Source: Pelagomonas calceolata
Lineage: Eukaryota
Direction of reading: 5' to 3'
Length of the DNA: 64,000 nucleotides
Assembly: GCA_918797485.1 (NCBI GenBank)
Contig: CAKKNE010000005.1
Span: 2,170,001 to 2,234,000, forward strand
Below, piece after piece: positions 11,404 to 22,085 of the stretch. The notes beneath the pieces were generated by a model that saw nothing but the letters and a program-made list of their open reading frames with translations, did no database searches and was not told the origin of the DNA. The position numbers and the translations under genes are program-made. Within the stretch, counting starts at the first letter, position 1; each line of letters begins with the position of its first letter.

Positions 11404-11742
11404 ATGGCCTACAAAGTCGCCAAGAGCGAGGCCCCCCGCCTCTTCGCCTTCATCAAACGGCTACAGTTCTCCTTCGACCCCTTCAGTACCGAAAGCACGG
11501 CGGTCCGCGAGGCCTGGCGCCAACTGACGTCGCCGACGCTCCAAGCCGCGAACCCGAAATGTAAAGTGGACGTGATATCCGCGCGCGGCGTCGCGCCGGC
11601 CATGGAAGCGGAGTTCGTGGACGGCGCCACGCGCCCCATCGCGGCGTCCGGCGCCGCCGCGAATTTAGTGGGTGAGCTCTACCGCACCGCGCACTCGATT
11701 TCCCTCGATTATGCCCTGAAAGGGAAGCCGCCACCGACATAA
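11404..11742 (+). CDS. Mitochondrial ribosomal protein mL53-like
   Basis: FSFDPFSTESTAVRE...AANPKCKVDV pattern of the L53/MRPL44 family. Confidence 0.7.
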   Translation: MAYKVAKSEAPRLFAFIKRLQFSFDPFSTESTAVREAWRQLTSPTLQAANPKCKVDVISARGVAPAMEAEFVDGATRPIAASGAAANLVGELYRTAHSISLDYALKGKPPPT

Positions 11743-11753
11743 CATACATAAAA

Positions 11754-12479
11754 TTATCTCGATCGATCGTGCGTCGTCGCCGGCCCCGTCCAGAGCTCAA
11801 TTACCAGTGCTCGTCTTTCGCCGCTCTCTATGGTAGAGACGTTGTGGACCGTCTCCGACGCGAAGAGCACGCCGTCGCCCACCCTCGGGGCGTGTGTCAA
11901 CACGACGCCGGCTTCACTGGTCGTCGTGAAGGCGCCGCCCGCGTACTCGTCGGACAGCAGCACCGACAGAGAGAGAGAAGAGCCTATATCGCGGTGGTCC
12001 TCCAGTATCAAGCCGCCTCCTTCCGTATAGACGTGGTGCTCGACGCAGCGCACAGTTAACGGCGGCCCGCGCCAGTCGCGGGCCATCGCGTCCGTGATCT
12101 TTTTTAGTAATGGACCGTGGTCCCTCCCAAAATAGCCGTCGCGGTGCAAGTACGTGATCGCATGTGCTACAGAGCCGGTCACGTCGCCCTCCCCGTTCAG
12201 GCGCGGGTAGCGCCGCCGACACACAACCGCGGCCCGCTCGACGGCAGCGCGGTCGTCCGGGCTGAGGAGTTGCTCGAGTAGTCGCGGCAGCGGTTGTGAT
12301 ACCTCATCAACGACCGCGGGCGGCGCTGCAGCCGTGGTGTTTAGTTGAGATCGAAACTCTACACAGCGCCGGTCGATCTCGTCCGGATCCAAACCATCGT
12401 CCTCGAGCTCGCAGCGGTGCTCGAAGACGAGGGCTTCAATTCTGCGCTTGGCCTCGTGCTCCTGCTGCCATTGCGCCAT
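11754..12479 (-). CDS. cwf21-like domain fused to a 2OG-Fe(II) dioxygenase (P4H-like)
   Basis: EHEAKRRIEALVFEHRCELEDDGLDPDEIDRRC; HRD...YAGGAF...HNVSTIESGERRALVIELW. Confidence 0.7.
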   Translation of the reverse strand: MAQWQQEHEAKRRIEALVFEHRCELEDDGLDPDEIDRRCVEFRSQLNTTAAAPPAVVDEVSQPLPRLLEQLLSPDDRAAVERAAVVCRRRYPRLNGEGDVTGSVAHAITYLHRDGYFGRDHGPLLKKITDAMARDWRGPPLTVRCVEHHVYTEGGGLILEDHRDIGSSLSLSVLLSDEYAGGAFTTTSEAGVVLTHAPRVGDGVLFASETVHNVSTIESGERRALVIELWTGPATTHDRSR

Positions 12480-12733
12480 ATATATATCGATCTGTCTGTG
12501 TCGTCGAAGGGGGCGGGCGCTGCTCAACGCTGCACTCTGCGTTATCGATGCGTTGGAACGGCTTCGTCGGTCGGCAGCGCTCCAAATCGATTGTAAAGCA
12601 CTTTCTCGCGCCGTCAGCACCGATCAGGGCAAAGAGCGCAAAAATCGAGCCCGCAAAACCCGTGCGCATCTCAGACGCTCGGGCTCCAGACGCCAAGCCG
12701 CAGACGCCGTCGACGCGAAGCTCTTTAACACAC

Positions 12734-13429
12734 TTACAGGTCCACGGCCCCCATCCCGTCTCCATTCCCGGAGAGCGCGTCCATGCGGCCGAACGCCGAC
12801 GGCTCGAAGGTCCGGCCGTCCGCGTCCTTGACCGGCGACGCGTCGCCATTATGGAGGGGGTTCGCCTCCTCGTCGTCCTCCTCTTCACTACGACGACTCC
12901 GGTTCCGCACCACGAGAAACAAAGACGCCGCCGACGCGAGAAACGCGAAGAACGCAAAGCTAATAGCGGCGTCCACCCTAGCACAGAAGTAGGACGCCTT
13001 GCGCTTCTGTTGATGGGTACCATTGGAAGGTCCACAAGTAGAGGCCCCGCCAAATTCGTCATGTAAGACACTGGAAGCAGATGCCGCGGCGACGAAGCCA
13101 ATACCCAGCCACGCTGTCATGTACATGGAGCCATATAGTTCCACCTTCCTCAATAATTGCTGATCAATACGGAACCCGTGCTCGGCCACGTAAAGTGCTG
13201 GTAGTTTGAGGAAGTCCATCACTAACCCGCTCAACAAAAAGGTCAACGGCGTGTAGTTCTGGTATTCGTAGAGCCCGTCGAACTTCGACCGGTGGGCGGA
13301 TGCTAATAGAGTCCACGCCAAAAAGCAGCAGCCCCATTCGATCATTCGTAGCGTTTGGAGCGGCGACTCGTCGGCGTACTTTTTGGCTGTTTTGAGAGCG
13401 CTTTCGGCTATCCTCTTGGCGTCGTCCAT
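12734..13429 (-). CDS. Four-TM MARVEL/CASP-like membrane protein
   Basis: Four hydrophobic helices; FCARVDAAISFAFFAFLA. Confidence 0.55.
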   Translation of the reverse strand: MDDAKRIAESALKTAKKYADESPLQTLRMIEWGCCFLAWTLLASAHRSKFDGLYEYQNYTPLTFLLSGLVMDFLKLPALYVAEHGFRIDQQLLRKVELYGSMYMTAWLGIGFVAAASASSVLHDEFGGASTCGPSNGTHQQKRKASYFCARVDAAISFAFFAFLASAASLFLVVRNRSRRSEEEDDEEANPLHNGDASPVKDADGRTFEPSAFGRMDALSGNGDGMGAVDL

Positions 13430-13624
13430 GGCTGCGGCGGCGTGGCGGTCGTCCCGCGCCGTGTAGCGCTGTAACAGTGTGGGTGTGTGGCAGCTGTGTT
13501 GGACGGCGTCGACGCTAGTAAGGCGTCGCCTGGCAGCACGCACTCGATAGTCGGCTTGTGTAAGAGCTGTGAAACGCGCTTCCGCGGCGTCCGCGCCGCG
13601 TTTTTAGGAGCAGCCAAAAGCGTG

Positions 13625-13646
13625 GCTAGCGCCGTAAGACACTAGC
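13625..13646 (-). promoter_or_regulatory. CTAG-bounded upstream motif
   Basis: Reverse complement gctagtgtcttacggcgctagc between divergent genes. Confidence 0.6.
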
Positions 13647-13967
13647 AAGCAACCGTGCGCCCTGCAGCGATCGCCGCGATGCCGCCGGGAGGGGGTCGGT
13701 CCGAAACCGGCGTGCTGGCGGCGCGCCGTCGTCGAGACCTTGCACCACTGCGCCGGCGCCGGGCCGCGCGGCCCGCACGGCCGCGAAGGCAAGAATGCGC
13801 CCGAGATCCTGACCAAATGGAACTTTCCGGCGGGGTGTGCGAATCATCCACGGCTGTGTCGGCGTCGATGAGCCCCAATACAGCGTGCGGGTCTTGCTGG
13901 CTGCCCCTTCTGGCAAAAGCTCGCCGCTGGCACCGTGCAGACGCTGCGCCGCTTGTGCTCTGCCAAA

Positions 13968-14534
13968 ATGGGCTGGCGTGGCGAGATCGAGCTGCGGGAC
14001 GCCGAGAACGGTCACGCGTGCGCGAAGCGCTCGCACCACGTCTCAGTGACAACAAAGCTGGCGTGCGCGCTCACCGTCGTCGCTCTCGCGGCGGCCACCA
14101 TCACGGTGGGCAGAAGCTATGGCTATGTCGCCATCCCCACGGCGGGCAGCGTCGGCATGACCTCACAGGTCAAGAACGTCTCGACGGTCTCGCAGTCCGA
14201 GGCGGACGGCGCACGCAAGAAGAAGCTGCGCCAGGCGCCCGATGCTGTCGCCGAGACGCATCCGCGCGGCATCAACACGCAGACGGGCGTGGACACCAAG
14301 ATCGCGCCGAAAGCGGTGAAGGACGGCGATGTGCAGTCGGATGCTCCTTCGACGCCGTCGCCGACGTCACTGCCGTACCCGACAGTGACACCAAACCCAA
14401 CCCGATGGATCAGAGGGTGCAACCGGGGGCGGCCTCTCGCTGAGGCGTCGATCGAGCAGGACCCCGACGTCCTCAGTGAAAGCGCGGACAAGACGACCCA
14501 GAAGCGCGAGTCCGCCGTGATCTGTCTACTCTAA
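13968..14534 (+). CDS. Type II membrane protein with a PT-rich stalk, possibly truncated
   Basis: N-terminal TM and PSTPSPTS...PTPNPT; ends where lower-GC DNA begins. Confidence 0.45.
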   Translation: MGWRGEIELRDAENGHACAKRSHHVSVTTKLACALTVVALAAATITVGRSYGYVAIPTAGSVGMTSQVKNVSTVSQSEADGARKKKLRQAPDAVAETHPRGINTQTGVDTKIAPKAVKDGDVQSDAPSTPSPTSLPYPTVTPNPTRWIRGCNRGRPLAEASIEQDPDVLSESADKTTQKRESAVICLL

Positions 14535-14996
14535 CAAAAACACAAATCGATGATCTCATAGAAGATTGTCTTTTACTTTCTGGGAAATTACAACAGATTG
14601 CTATAGAAGATATGCGAAACTTAGGCTTGTCTAAAGTCACGTTTTATGCGAAACTCACGCTTGTAAACATTGGAAACCCAGACGCCGACTTTCAACTGAT
14701 GGGCACCCTGACGCCGGAAGAACGTGCTGCGCAGTCAATGAAACGCGCCGAGAAGAATGGAGAGGTTATTGACCTCTGCAACCTCTAACCAAAGATGCTG
14801 GTGTCTGGGGAGGAGATTACAAAATTATTAATTCTTAGTTTTTTGGGCTTTCGTTTAATTAAAAAAAGGGGTTCAATTTAATTTTTTTTGGTAGCGGGTG
14901 GATTGGGCTTGATATGAGCCTGTAACTGCTTCTGAGCCTTATAGGGGAATCTTGGCGTGTCTAGGCGAGGAATGGGTCTGGATACGGGTCTGGTCT

Positions 14997-15076
14997 GGCC
15001 TGGGCTGGGATGAGGGGAGGTCGAGGTCGGCCCGGGCTGGGATGAGGGGTCGTGTCCGGCCCGGGCTGGGATGAGG
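14997..15076 (+). repeat. Three copies of GGCCYGGGCTGGGATGAGG in a G-skewed tract
   Basis: Copies at about 14997, 15029 and 15058. Confidence 0.8.
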
Positions 15077-15407
15077 AATGTCGAGGCTGGTCTGGGACGT
15101 GGGGAGGGCGGATCCGAGAGGATCCGAGAGGCTTGGGGAAGGGAGGGTGGAGTTAAGGTTGAGTTAAAACCGAGGGCCGGGAGGACCGAGGGGCTCGGGG
15201 GAATTCGGGGCTTTCTCGCCTTTCCGGGGCGAATCCGGACGCGGGGAGGCCCTTTCCGGGTCCTTTCTGGGACGCGAAGGCCCTCAAAAATCCACCCCCT
15301 ACCCCGGGTTTAAACTCGAGTTTAAAAAACACACCTCAAATCCAAAAATTCAACTTAGAACGCGAGGCGGGTTTTTGAACTTGAAGTCAAAGTTGCACTT
15401 CAGTTTC

Positions 15408-15435
15408 ACTAATGTACCGCATGCGGTACATTAGT
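15408..15435. repeat. 28-bp perfect palindrome
   Basis: actaatgtaccgca|tgcggtacattagt. Confidence 0.95.
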
Positions 15436-15457
15436 CTCGAAGTACACGTCCACGTCC

Positions 15458-15799
15458 GTGCAGTCTATCTTGCCCGAAGATTTGGCACGCCTCAAGTCTC
15501 TGAACACGCCCCGAGCCTGGGAGGCGCTCTCCATCAAGGACGCCGGCGGACATGTGCAATCATTCGAGCATTTGGTGCAGTTTTACTTCACAAACCTCAG
15601 TAATCAAGGTGGCAGCCAGTCCAAAAAAACCGACATCGTGCAGTGGATCAGCAACAACTGGCAGACGTACTTTGGTAGTTTGAAACGATTGTCCCAGCAC
15701 CAGATCCACAAGCGATTAAGTGAAGTGCTGACAAATGGTCCCTACCAAAAAGCTCGCTACGGCAACACCGTGTATTGGGCCAGAGTGCAACCCGCCTAG
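15458..15799 (+). pseudogene. ATG-less coding-like fragment, possibly a small helical/winged-helix domain
   Basis: 113-codon open frame with globular composition and lower GC than flanking genes. Confidence 0.35.
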
Positions 15800-16604
15800 A
15801 TGACGTCGTTGCGACGGTGCCGGGCTAGCCCTTCTCCCACCTCTCTAGCCCACAAACGCATAAGTAGCTCCCATCAATACTCGTAGTATCTATTGCGCGT
15901 CGGTGTGATTTATCCATCCACTGCCTCGCCAAACTCGCCCACAAACGACCCGCCGTCGTCATACTTCTCGAGCGCCGCTCAGAAGACGCCAGTGCTGGCG
16001 TCGACCTCATCGCCATCGAGCATGTCGCATCGACGGCGTCGGACTCGACCCGACGAGAACGTCAATACTCGATTTGTAGTCGACGTGATAGCGCCGCGTT
16101 CACGTCGAATGCGTCTGCCCAGCGGCCGCACCAGCCAAACAGGTTATTGCAGCTGGTCTTACCTAAAGCAGGGCGCGCAGACCACGCGTGCGGCAGCCTT
16201 TTGAGATCAGCGCGCGATCGTAGGCGAGTGTTGTGGCCCGCGGGCAGCCTCTCAGTGCGAGTGTCGTGGTCCGCGCCGCGGCGCCGGCCGGCGCGGCCGC
16301 GCCAAGGTCTGGCGGGTTTCTCATCCTCTACAAGTTGTACGAAGGAACGAAACAGCACTCGGCCCGGGAGTCCTTCGGAGCCGTCTCGCCGCGCAAGCCG
16401 CCCAAAACATACTAGAGGGCGGCAAGCAAAAACGCAGCGCTCGGTTTGTTTGGCCGCGGCGGGAGGCACGCCGACGCCAAGGGCAGCGCGCGGGACCATC
16501 CTAAGGTTGGTTGAAGGCAAGCGACGCCCACCCCGTCCAGCGCGAGGCGCGCGGAACGAAGCAACCCCCATTCAGCAAAACGCCCAGCGCGCCGAGGCAA
16601 GACC

Positions 16605-18038
16605 ATGGCCACGGGCTCGCTCCGCGCCACGGGCGCGAACATGGACTTGATTATGGCCAATAAAAGGAGGGAGGAGATCAAGCTCAAGGTCCTGAACGAC
16701 TATGTGGGCGGGCAGACGCGGCTAACTATGGCCGCTGAGATGGAGACGGCCGTGCCCCAGCGCCGCCGGGCCGCCCAGACGTTGCGACTGGAGATGGAGA
16801 GTCGCATTGCGGAGGAGGCAGCGCGTAGAGAAGCGGCGAAGCGACGGAAGGAGTATGAAGTCCATCAAGGCGCGGCCATCGCGAAGGAGCTGGAACGGAG
16901 AAAGACCGTGCAAGATACCAAAGAGAGAGAAATAGTGAGGATCTGTAATGAAAGCGAAGAGCTGAAGGACCTCGAGAAGAAGTTGAAGACCGCCTATATG
17001 AACAAGGAGCGCGCCGCGCAGCACGAGGAACGCATGCTGAGGCAGCGCCGAGATATTCTGCGGGAGAAGGCTATTGATGATGCCATGGAGGCCGACCGCA
17101 TTGCGGCCGAAATAGCTGATCAAGAAAAAGGTGGCAGCAAGAAAAATGTAACAGCTAGACAGAAGGCCGGCCTCGAGAAGCAGATGAAGGAACGCGAGTA
17201 CCTCAAGGTCGAGGCCGCGGAGCAGGCCAAGGAGGACAAGGCCATGGTCGAGGCGATCGTTGCCAAAATTGAGGCGGAAGATCGGGCCGAGTACGAAGCC
17301 AGGGAGAAGCACAAGGCCGAGACTCGCGTGTTGATCAAGCAGTACGCGGAACAACGTAAAAGGGATGTTATTGAGGCTAGACAACAAGCCGCCGAGGAGG
17401 AGGCGGAGATCATCGCCTACTCCCGAGCGTTGGCTGCCAGAGAAGAGCAGCTCGAGCAGATGAAGAAGGAGAAGGCCCTCGCGGCGAAGAAGGCCTTTGA
17501 TAAGATCGTCCAGCAGACGGAGCTCGTGCGATCGGCTGATGACGAGATCGCTCGCTTGCGAGACTTACTGTGGGAGGAGGAGCTGCTCAAGAAGTCTCGC
17601 ATTCTCGAGGAGGAGCGCGAAGCGAAGAGACTAGCGAACATCGCGGAGATGAAGCGCCAGAATGATATTGTGTTGGCGAACAAGAAGAAGCAGCAGGCCG
17701 TCGAACAGGCCGAGGAGGAGCGCCTGGTGCAGGTCATGATCGACAAATTTAAGAGAGATGACGAAGAGGAAAGGCTCAAACAACAGGCTATTAGGGACGC
17801 GAAGGACCGCTACAAGGGCATGATTTCTGACGATGCCGATGCCAAACATGAGAGATATTTGAAACACCTCGCGGATGAGGAGAATCTCAAGCAGGACGAC
17901 GACTCGGGCGAGCAGTACCGGTTGCAGGTGGTTCGTGAAGCTAGACGTCGCTTATTGGCGGAGCACGCCGACGCGTTACGGGGCTTCATGCCCAAGGGCG
18001 CCGTTTCTGCGGAAGAGAGAGATGAGTTCGCCCTCTGA
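16605..18038 (+). CDS. MNS1: Meiosis-specific nuclear structural protein 1 (TPH-domain ciliary coiled coil)
   Basis: ESEELKDLEKKLKTAYMNKERAAQ and RRRLLAEHADALRGFMPKG. Confidence 0.85.
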   Translation: MATGSLRATGANMDLIMANKRREEIKLKVLNDYVGGQTRLTMAAEMETAVPQRRRAAQTLRLEMESRIAEEAARREAAKRRKEYEVHQGAAIAKELERRKTVQDTKEREIVRICNESEELKDLEKKLKTAYMNKERAAQHEERMLRQRRDILREKAIDDAMEADRIAAEIADQEKGGSKKNVTARQKAGLEKQMKEREYLKVEAAEQAKEDKAMVEAIVAKIEAEDRAEYEAREKHKAETRVLIKQYAEQRKRDVIEARQQAAEEEAEIIAYSRALAAREEQLEQMKKEKALAAKKAFDKIVQQTELVRSADDEIARLRDLLWEEELLKKSRILEEEREAKRLANIAEMKRQNDIVLANKKKQQAVEQAEEERLVQVMIDKFKRDDEEERLKQQAIRDAKDRYKGMISDDADAKHERYLKHLADEENLKQDDDSGEQYRLQVVREARRRLLAEHADALRGFMPKGAVSAEERDEFAL

Positions 18039-18232
18039 GCGTAAGGAGCGTTTTTACTAGAGTCGCGTCGATGGCGTCGGGGGGCGTTGGACATCGTCGA
18101 CTCTAGTGATCGACGCGAACGCGGCTGACGGACGCCGCGAGGCCTCGCCGTGCCCCTACGAGCAAAGTTGTACGGGGGGCGTACGTACGGCCGGATAGCC
18201 CTCGTGTACGCGTGCGACGCCGATTTGTTCGT

Positions 18233-18253
18233 GCTAGTGTCTTACGGACACTA
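18233..18253 (+). promoter_or_regulatory. CTAG-bounded upstream motif (partial)
   Basis: gctagtgtcttacggacacta, ~180 bp upstream of the ATG at 18431. Confidence 0.5.
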
Positions 18254-18430
18254 TGATTATGCCCAGGTCAATAAATTTCAGCGCACACAATTGACCCGAT
18301 ACGCACGAGTGCATTCAGGACTGGCACGCTTGCGCAGCTGCATAAAAATATACATTGAACGATATTCTTGAGCGATAAGCTGCGACCGACGGGCAAAGTT
18401 TGGAGTGGCAGGGTCAACGTCTGCGCTGCA

Positions 18431-21400
18431 ATGCGGCAATTTTTGTGCATCTGCGCATATGCGGCCGCAGCCGCTGAAACGCATGTCGTCCTGCACGCCC
18501 CCGACGCGAAACGCGCGCAACCGTCGCTCGCCGCGCTAAAAGAGCACGCCGTCACCGTCGTCCACCGCGGCGGCGACGTCGGCGCGGCGGCGCGAGCAGC
18601 CGCAACGACCGCGGACACGATCATTTTGTACGACGCCCGCCACGCGCCGCTGCAGCACACCCTTGATTGGAATACAACAATCAAAACCGCGAAGGCGTGC
18701 GCGGCATTATTACCGGACGACGTAGAACGAGTCGGCACGGCTCGGAAAGCGAACGGTATTGTACTGTCAAACCGGGAAGCGAGGAGAGCTTCCGGAGAGA
18801 CTATCAATGAAATACTAACAAACGTCAAGTGTCGCGTCGCGCCGATGCCCGTTGACGAAGACAAGGAACTGCCCTACAGGAAGCCCGAACCCCGCAGCCA
18901 ACAAAGGCGATTACACGAGCATGGGAGCGGCGACTGGTTCGACGACTACTACGAGGACCCCCTGAAAGATGTACAAGATACGCCCGGTCGTTCACTAGCA
19001 CTACTGCTAGGTTATGATGTTACGACAAAAATCGACCCGTTTTCATCGAGACCGATATCAAGAGATGAAGCATTCTGCCTATTAGCACATGCGCCGCGCA
19101 TCGCGTTCCTCGGGGACTCGCTCACGCGATTTCATTTCTTTACCTTAAACGAGTGGCTCTCCACCGGAAAACTGCAAACGCACCTCTACTCGAAGTGGGG
19201 CAACGGTGATGGTTCAATCCACTACGACACAAGTGATAGATGGACGCATACCTCGTCTAGTAAACATGCCCAGCACTTTAAGAAGACGATACCACTTACC
19301 AGTAGAGCCCAAGCCATGTGTGGCGACGACCTCGGTGTGACAGAAATAGAAACAGAATACTGGTTCCTGGCGGACTGGCACCACGTTGAAATCGATGCGA
19401 TACCATTATTCGAAGATACTATTGCACCGTGGGCGTCGATGGTGATCGTAAATTCAGGCTGGTGGGAGCTCAAACGATGTAGCTGCGACCATGCCTATGG
19501 TCGTGATGATACCTGTCGGAAAGAGTATAGAGGAGTATTAGAGCAGTATGCTACTTCGTTACTAGATAAGGTACCATATCCATATATAAGACTATCTTCA
19601 TGTTGTGGCGAATATACGGAGCAGCACTGCGACGGCGACCCCGTCTATGAGGATAGATCGATGTGGCCTGACGGTTTAATGGATATATATAAGCATGAGA
19701 GCAACAAGGGGGTCCTAGCTTTCAACGAGGTGCTGTTGGATTTTGCCATTGAGAAAAAGTATAGGCATTTTGATCCACACCCCTTCGCTAACTTACAGAA
19801 CATCTACGACCGTACTATTGATGGTTCTCATCCAGTCCAACCTCTCTATCATCTGTGGAACCAGTATTTGTTAAGTAGTATCAAGGGAGATGGGAGGATC
19901 TTTCCCGTGGTTGATGGCGTACGTACTTCGGACGCGTACAAGGTGCTCTCGGAGGTGCTGCCGGCGTCGTGTGCCGATGGGATGCTATCAAAAAACGAGA
20001 GCGACGTCGACTGCGGCGGCGTCTGCCCGGCTTGTAGCGCCGGCCAGCGGTGTTATCTTGATTCTGATTGTGTGAGCAGCTGCTCTTATGAATCAGAGAA
20101 GTGTGAAGATGCGCCGAGCGCGCGCGAGAGCGGCCTGTGCACCTGCGACGCCGTGCCCACGCGCGCGCCCGTGACTCATAACGACGACGACGCCGAAGAT
20201 GAGAAACCGGCTTGGATCGAAGACGATGACATAGTCGGGTATGGCACGTCCTCGGCGACCTCGGATATCCTGGGCGACAAGGCCATCCGGGAGGGCGGTC
20301 CCGGTTCGTGTGCCGTCCCAGAAGATGATGAAGATGCGTCCTGGCGCCAGGCCTGGAAAAGGACGCGGAAAGGCCTGAAGAAGATGTCCAAAAAAGGCGC
20401 GTGCGCCTTGGGTCCGGGCCCGCGCGTTTTATTGTTCCTGCTCTTTGGGATTCTTGGTGCGGCCGTACGGGCGTCGTTTACGCGACGACGCCCGACTTCA
20501 CCACGACGGTCCTCCATCGAGCTCACGCCCATGAGCAACAGACCGGCGTCACCGACAAACCGCATAGCAGTAGAGGAAGGCTCGCCCCTACTCAACGCCC
20601 TGGAACTAGCTATGTGGTTATTCATAGCGGCTTACTGCGATCAATTAGCACCAACTGGGCTACTACCGGCCGGTACCCTATACTTATCGGAGAACCCCGA
20701 CCTGTGGGTCGGCGCCATGGCCTTACTCTTACTCATATCCTATTCACCTAGACTCACAAGAACAACAGACAACACCTTCTTCTCCCGCCACCAGTGCAAC
20801 GAGTGGAAGGGCTGGATGCAAATTGCATTTGTCGCTTACCACTACGCGAACGCGCAGGATTTCTACGTTTCTATCAGGTGGTTCGTGTCGGCTTACGTGT
20901 GGCTGACGGGGTTTGGGAATGCGACTTATTTCCTCAACAAAGACGACTTTTCTTTGTCAAGATTCCTCAAAATGATCTGGCGCATCAACTTTTTCGTCGT
21001 GTTCCTGTCGCTGGCCACGGGTACGAAGTGGATCGCGTACTACGTCGTGGCCTTACATACCGTTCATTTTGTGTTATGCTTTGTTAGTTTTGGGTTTTCG
21101 AAACTCATGCTGCGAAATGAGGAACCTGGTTCTATACTGAGAATAGTCTTCGCATTAGTATACTACCTGATAGTAGTCACAGTAGTGTGGGAGTTCGGGC
21201 TGTACCACGTCACGATCAAACCCGTACTGTTATACTTATTGGGAGAGGGCTTCGAGGAGTACTTCTGGTTTAGGACAAGGATGGACTACCTGTCGTCGTG
21301 GTTCGGGGCTCTAGCTGCCGTGTTGATGCCGCTCACGGTGAAGGGCTGGCAATCTACTTACAAAGGGTTGATCCTATGTATCAGTTTTATCCTATTTGGG

Positions 21401-22051
21401 TTAGGTGTATGGGCCTGGGCGTCGCACCCTACCTCCATAAAATATAGAGAGATCGCGCCCTACGTCGGCACGCTCTGGGTGCCCTTGTATGCCGTTCTGC
21501 GGAATGCTACTCCTTATCTTAGAAGCAGAGTCTCCGTACCTTTAGAATGGTTGGGAGCAAGATCGTTGGAGCTTTATTTGCTCCAGTTCCACCTACTGAT
21601 GAACCGGAGCGCCGGCCGCGTCTTATGGTTGATACCAAATGTCAACTGGCCCGTCTCGAATTTAATTCTATGTGCGTGTCTGTGGATGCTTGCGGCCTCG
21701 AGATGCTTCGCGAACACCGCCTCGCTCCGAGACGCCGCGGAGGCGCGGCCGCGGCCCGTCTCTGTGGTGATGGCGTTGCTGTGCATGACGTATGTCGCTG
21801 CGCGTTTGTTTGATGCGCCGTGCGTTGGCGACGGGCTCACGATGTCGTTCTTCGCCCTGGGCGGGTCGACGCTCGGCGGCTACGTCCTCGCGGACTGCGC
21901 GCGGCGCTGCGCTTCTGAAGATGTGAGCATCCGCTACAGCGTGTCGGCGACGGAGGATACGGATGAGTGTCCTTCTCCTCCTGGTTCGCCGTCCATTATC
22001 GCGGAGGTCGCGACGCCGGAGCAGTCGCGGCCGAGCCAGGGGCTCGTGTGA
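18431..22051 (+). CDS. CAS1/CASD1-type O-acetyltransferase (SGNH/PC-esterase-like domain plus multi-TM Cas1p domain)
   Basis: IAFLGDSLTR and DGSHP; SRHQCNEWKGWMQIAFVAYHY, RWFVSAYVWLTGFGN, SLELYLLQFH. Confidence 0.85.
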   Translation: MRQFLCICAYAAAAAETHVVLHAPDAKRAQPSLAALKEHAVTVVHRGGDVGAAARAAATTADTIILYDARHAPLQHTLDWNTTIKTAKACAALLPDDVERVGTARKANGIVLSNREARRASGETINEILTNVKCRVAPMPVDEDKELPYRKPEPRSQQRRLHEHGSGDWFDDYYEDPLKDVQDTPGRSLALLLGYDVTTKIDPFSSRPISRDEAFCLLAHAPRIAFLGDSLTRFHFFTLNEWLSTGKLQTHLYSKWGNGDGSIHYDTSDRWTHTSSSKHAQHFKKTIPLTSRAQAMCGDDLGVTEIETEYWFLADWHHVEIDAIPLFEDTIAPWASMVIVNSGWWELKRCSCDHAYGRDDTCRKEYRGVLEQYATSLLDKVPYPYIRLSSCCGEYTEQHCDGDPVYEDRSMWPDGLMDIYKHESNKGVLAFNEVLLDFAIEKKYRHFDPHPFANLQNIYDRTIDGSHPVQPLYHLWNQYLLSSIKGDGRIFPVVDGVRTSDAYKVLSEVLPASCADGMLSKNESDVDCGGVCPACSAGQRCYLDSDCVSSCSYESEKCEDAPSARESGLCTCDAVPTRAPVTHNDDDAEDEKPAWIEDDDIVGYGTSSATSDILGDKAIREGGPGSCAVPEDDEDASWRQAWKRTRKGLKKMSKKGACALGPGPRVLLFLLFGILGAAVRASFTRRRPTSPRRSSIELTPMSNRPASPTNRIAVEEGSPLLNALELAMWLFIAAYCDQLAPTGLLPAGTLYLSENPDLWVGAMALLLLISYSPRLTRTTDNTFFSRHQCNEWKGWMQIAFVAYHYANAQDFYVSIRWFVSAYVWLTGFGNATYFLNKDDFSLSRFLKMIWRINFFVVFLSLATGTKWIAYYVVALHTVHFVLCFVSFGFSKLMLRNEEPGSILRIVFALVYYLIVVTVVWEFGLYHVTIKPVLLYLLGEGFEEYFWFRTRMDYLSSWFGALAAVLMPLTVKGWQSTYKGLILCISFILFGLGVWAWASHPTSIKYREIAPYVGTLWVPLYAVLRNATPYLRSRVSVPLEWLGARSLELYLLQFHLLMNRSAGRVLWLIPNVNWPVSNLILCACLWMLAASRCFANTASLRDAAEARPRPVSVVMALLCMTYVAARLFDAPCVGDGLTMSFFALGGSTLGGYVLADCARRCASEDVSIRYSVSATEDTDECPSPPGSPSIIAEVATPEQSRPSQGLV

Positions 22052-22085
22052 CTTCTCCTCTAGTGTTTAAGTTGACGTGTACGTA

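Noticed and set aside
15825..16200. Possible retroelement pseudogene on the minus strand
   Set aside because: Only vague coding-like stretches with stops; no RT, integrase or LTR motif identifiable
18431..22051. Possible CRISPR link from the name CAS1
   Set aside because: This is the Cas1p/CASD1 O-acetyltransferase family; no CRISPR array or cas gene is visible in the window
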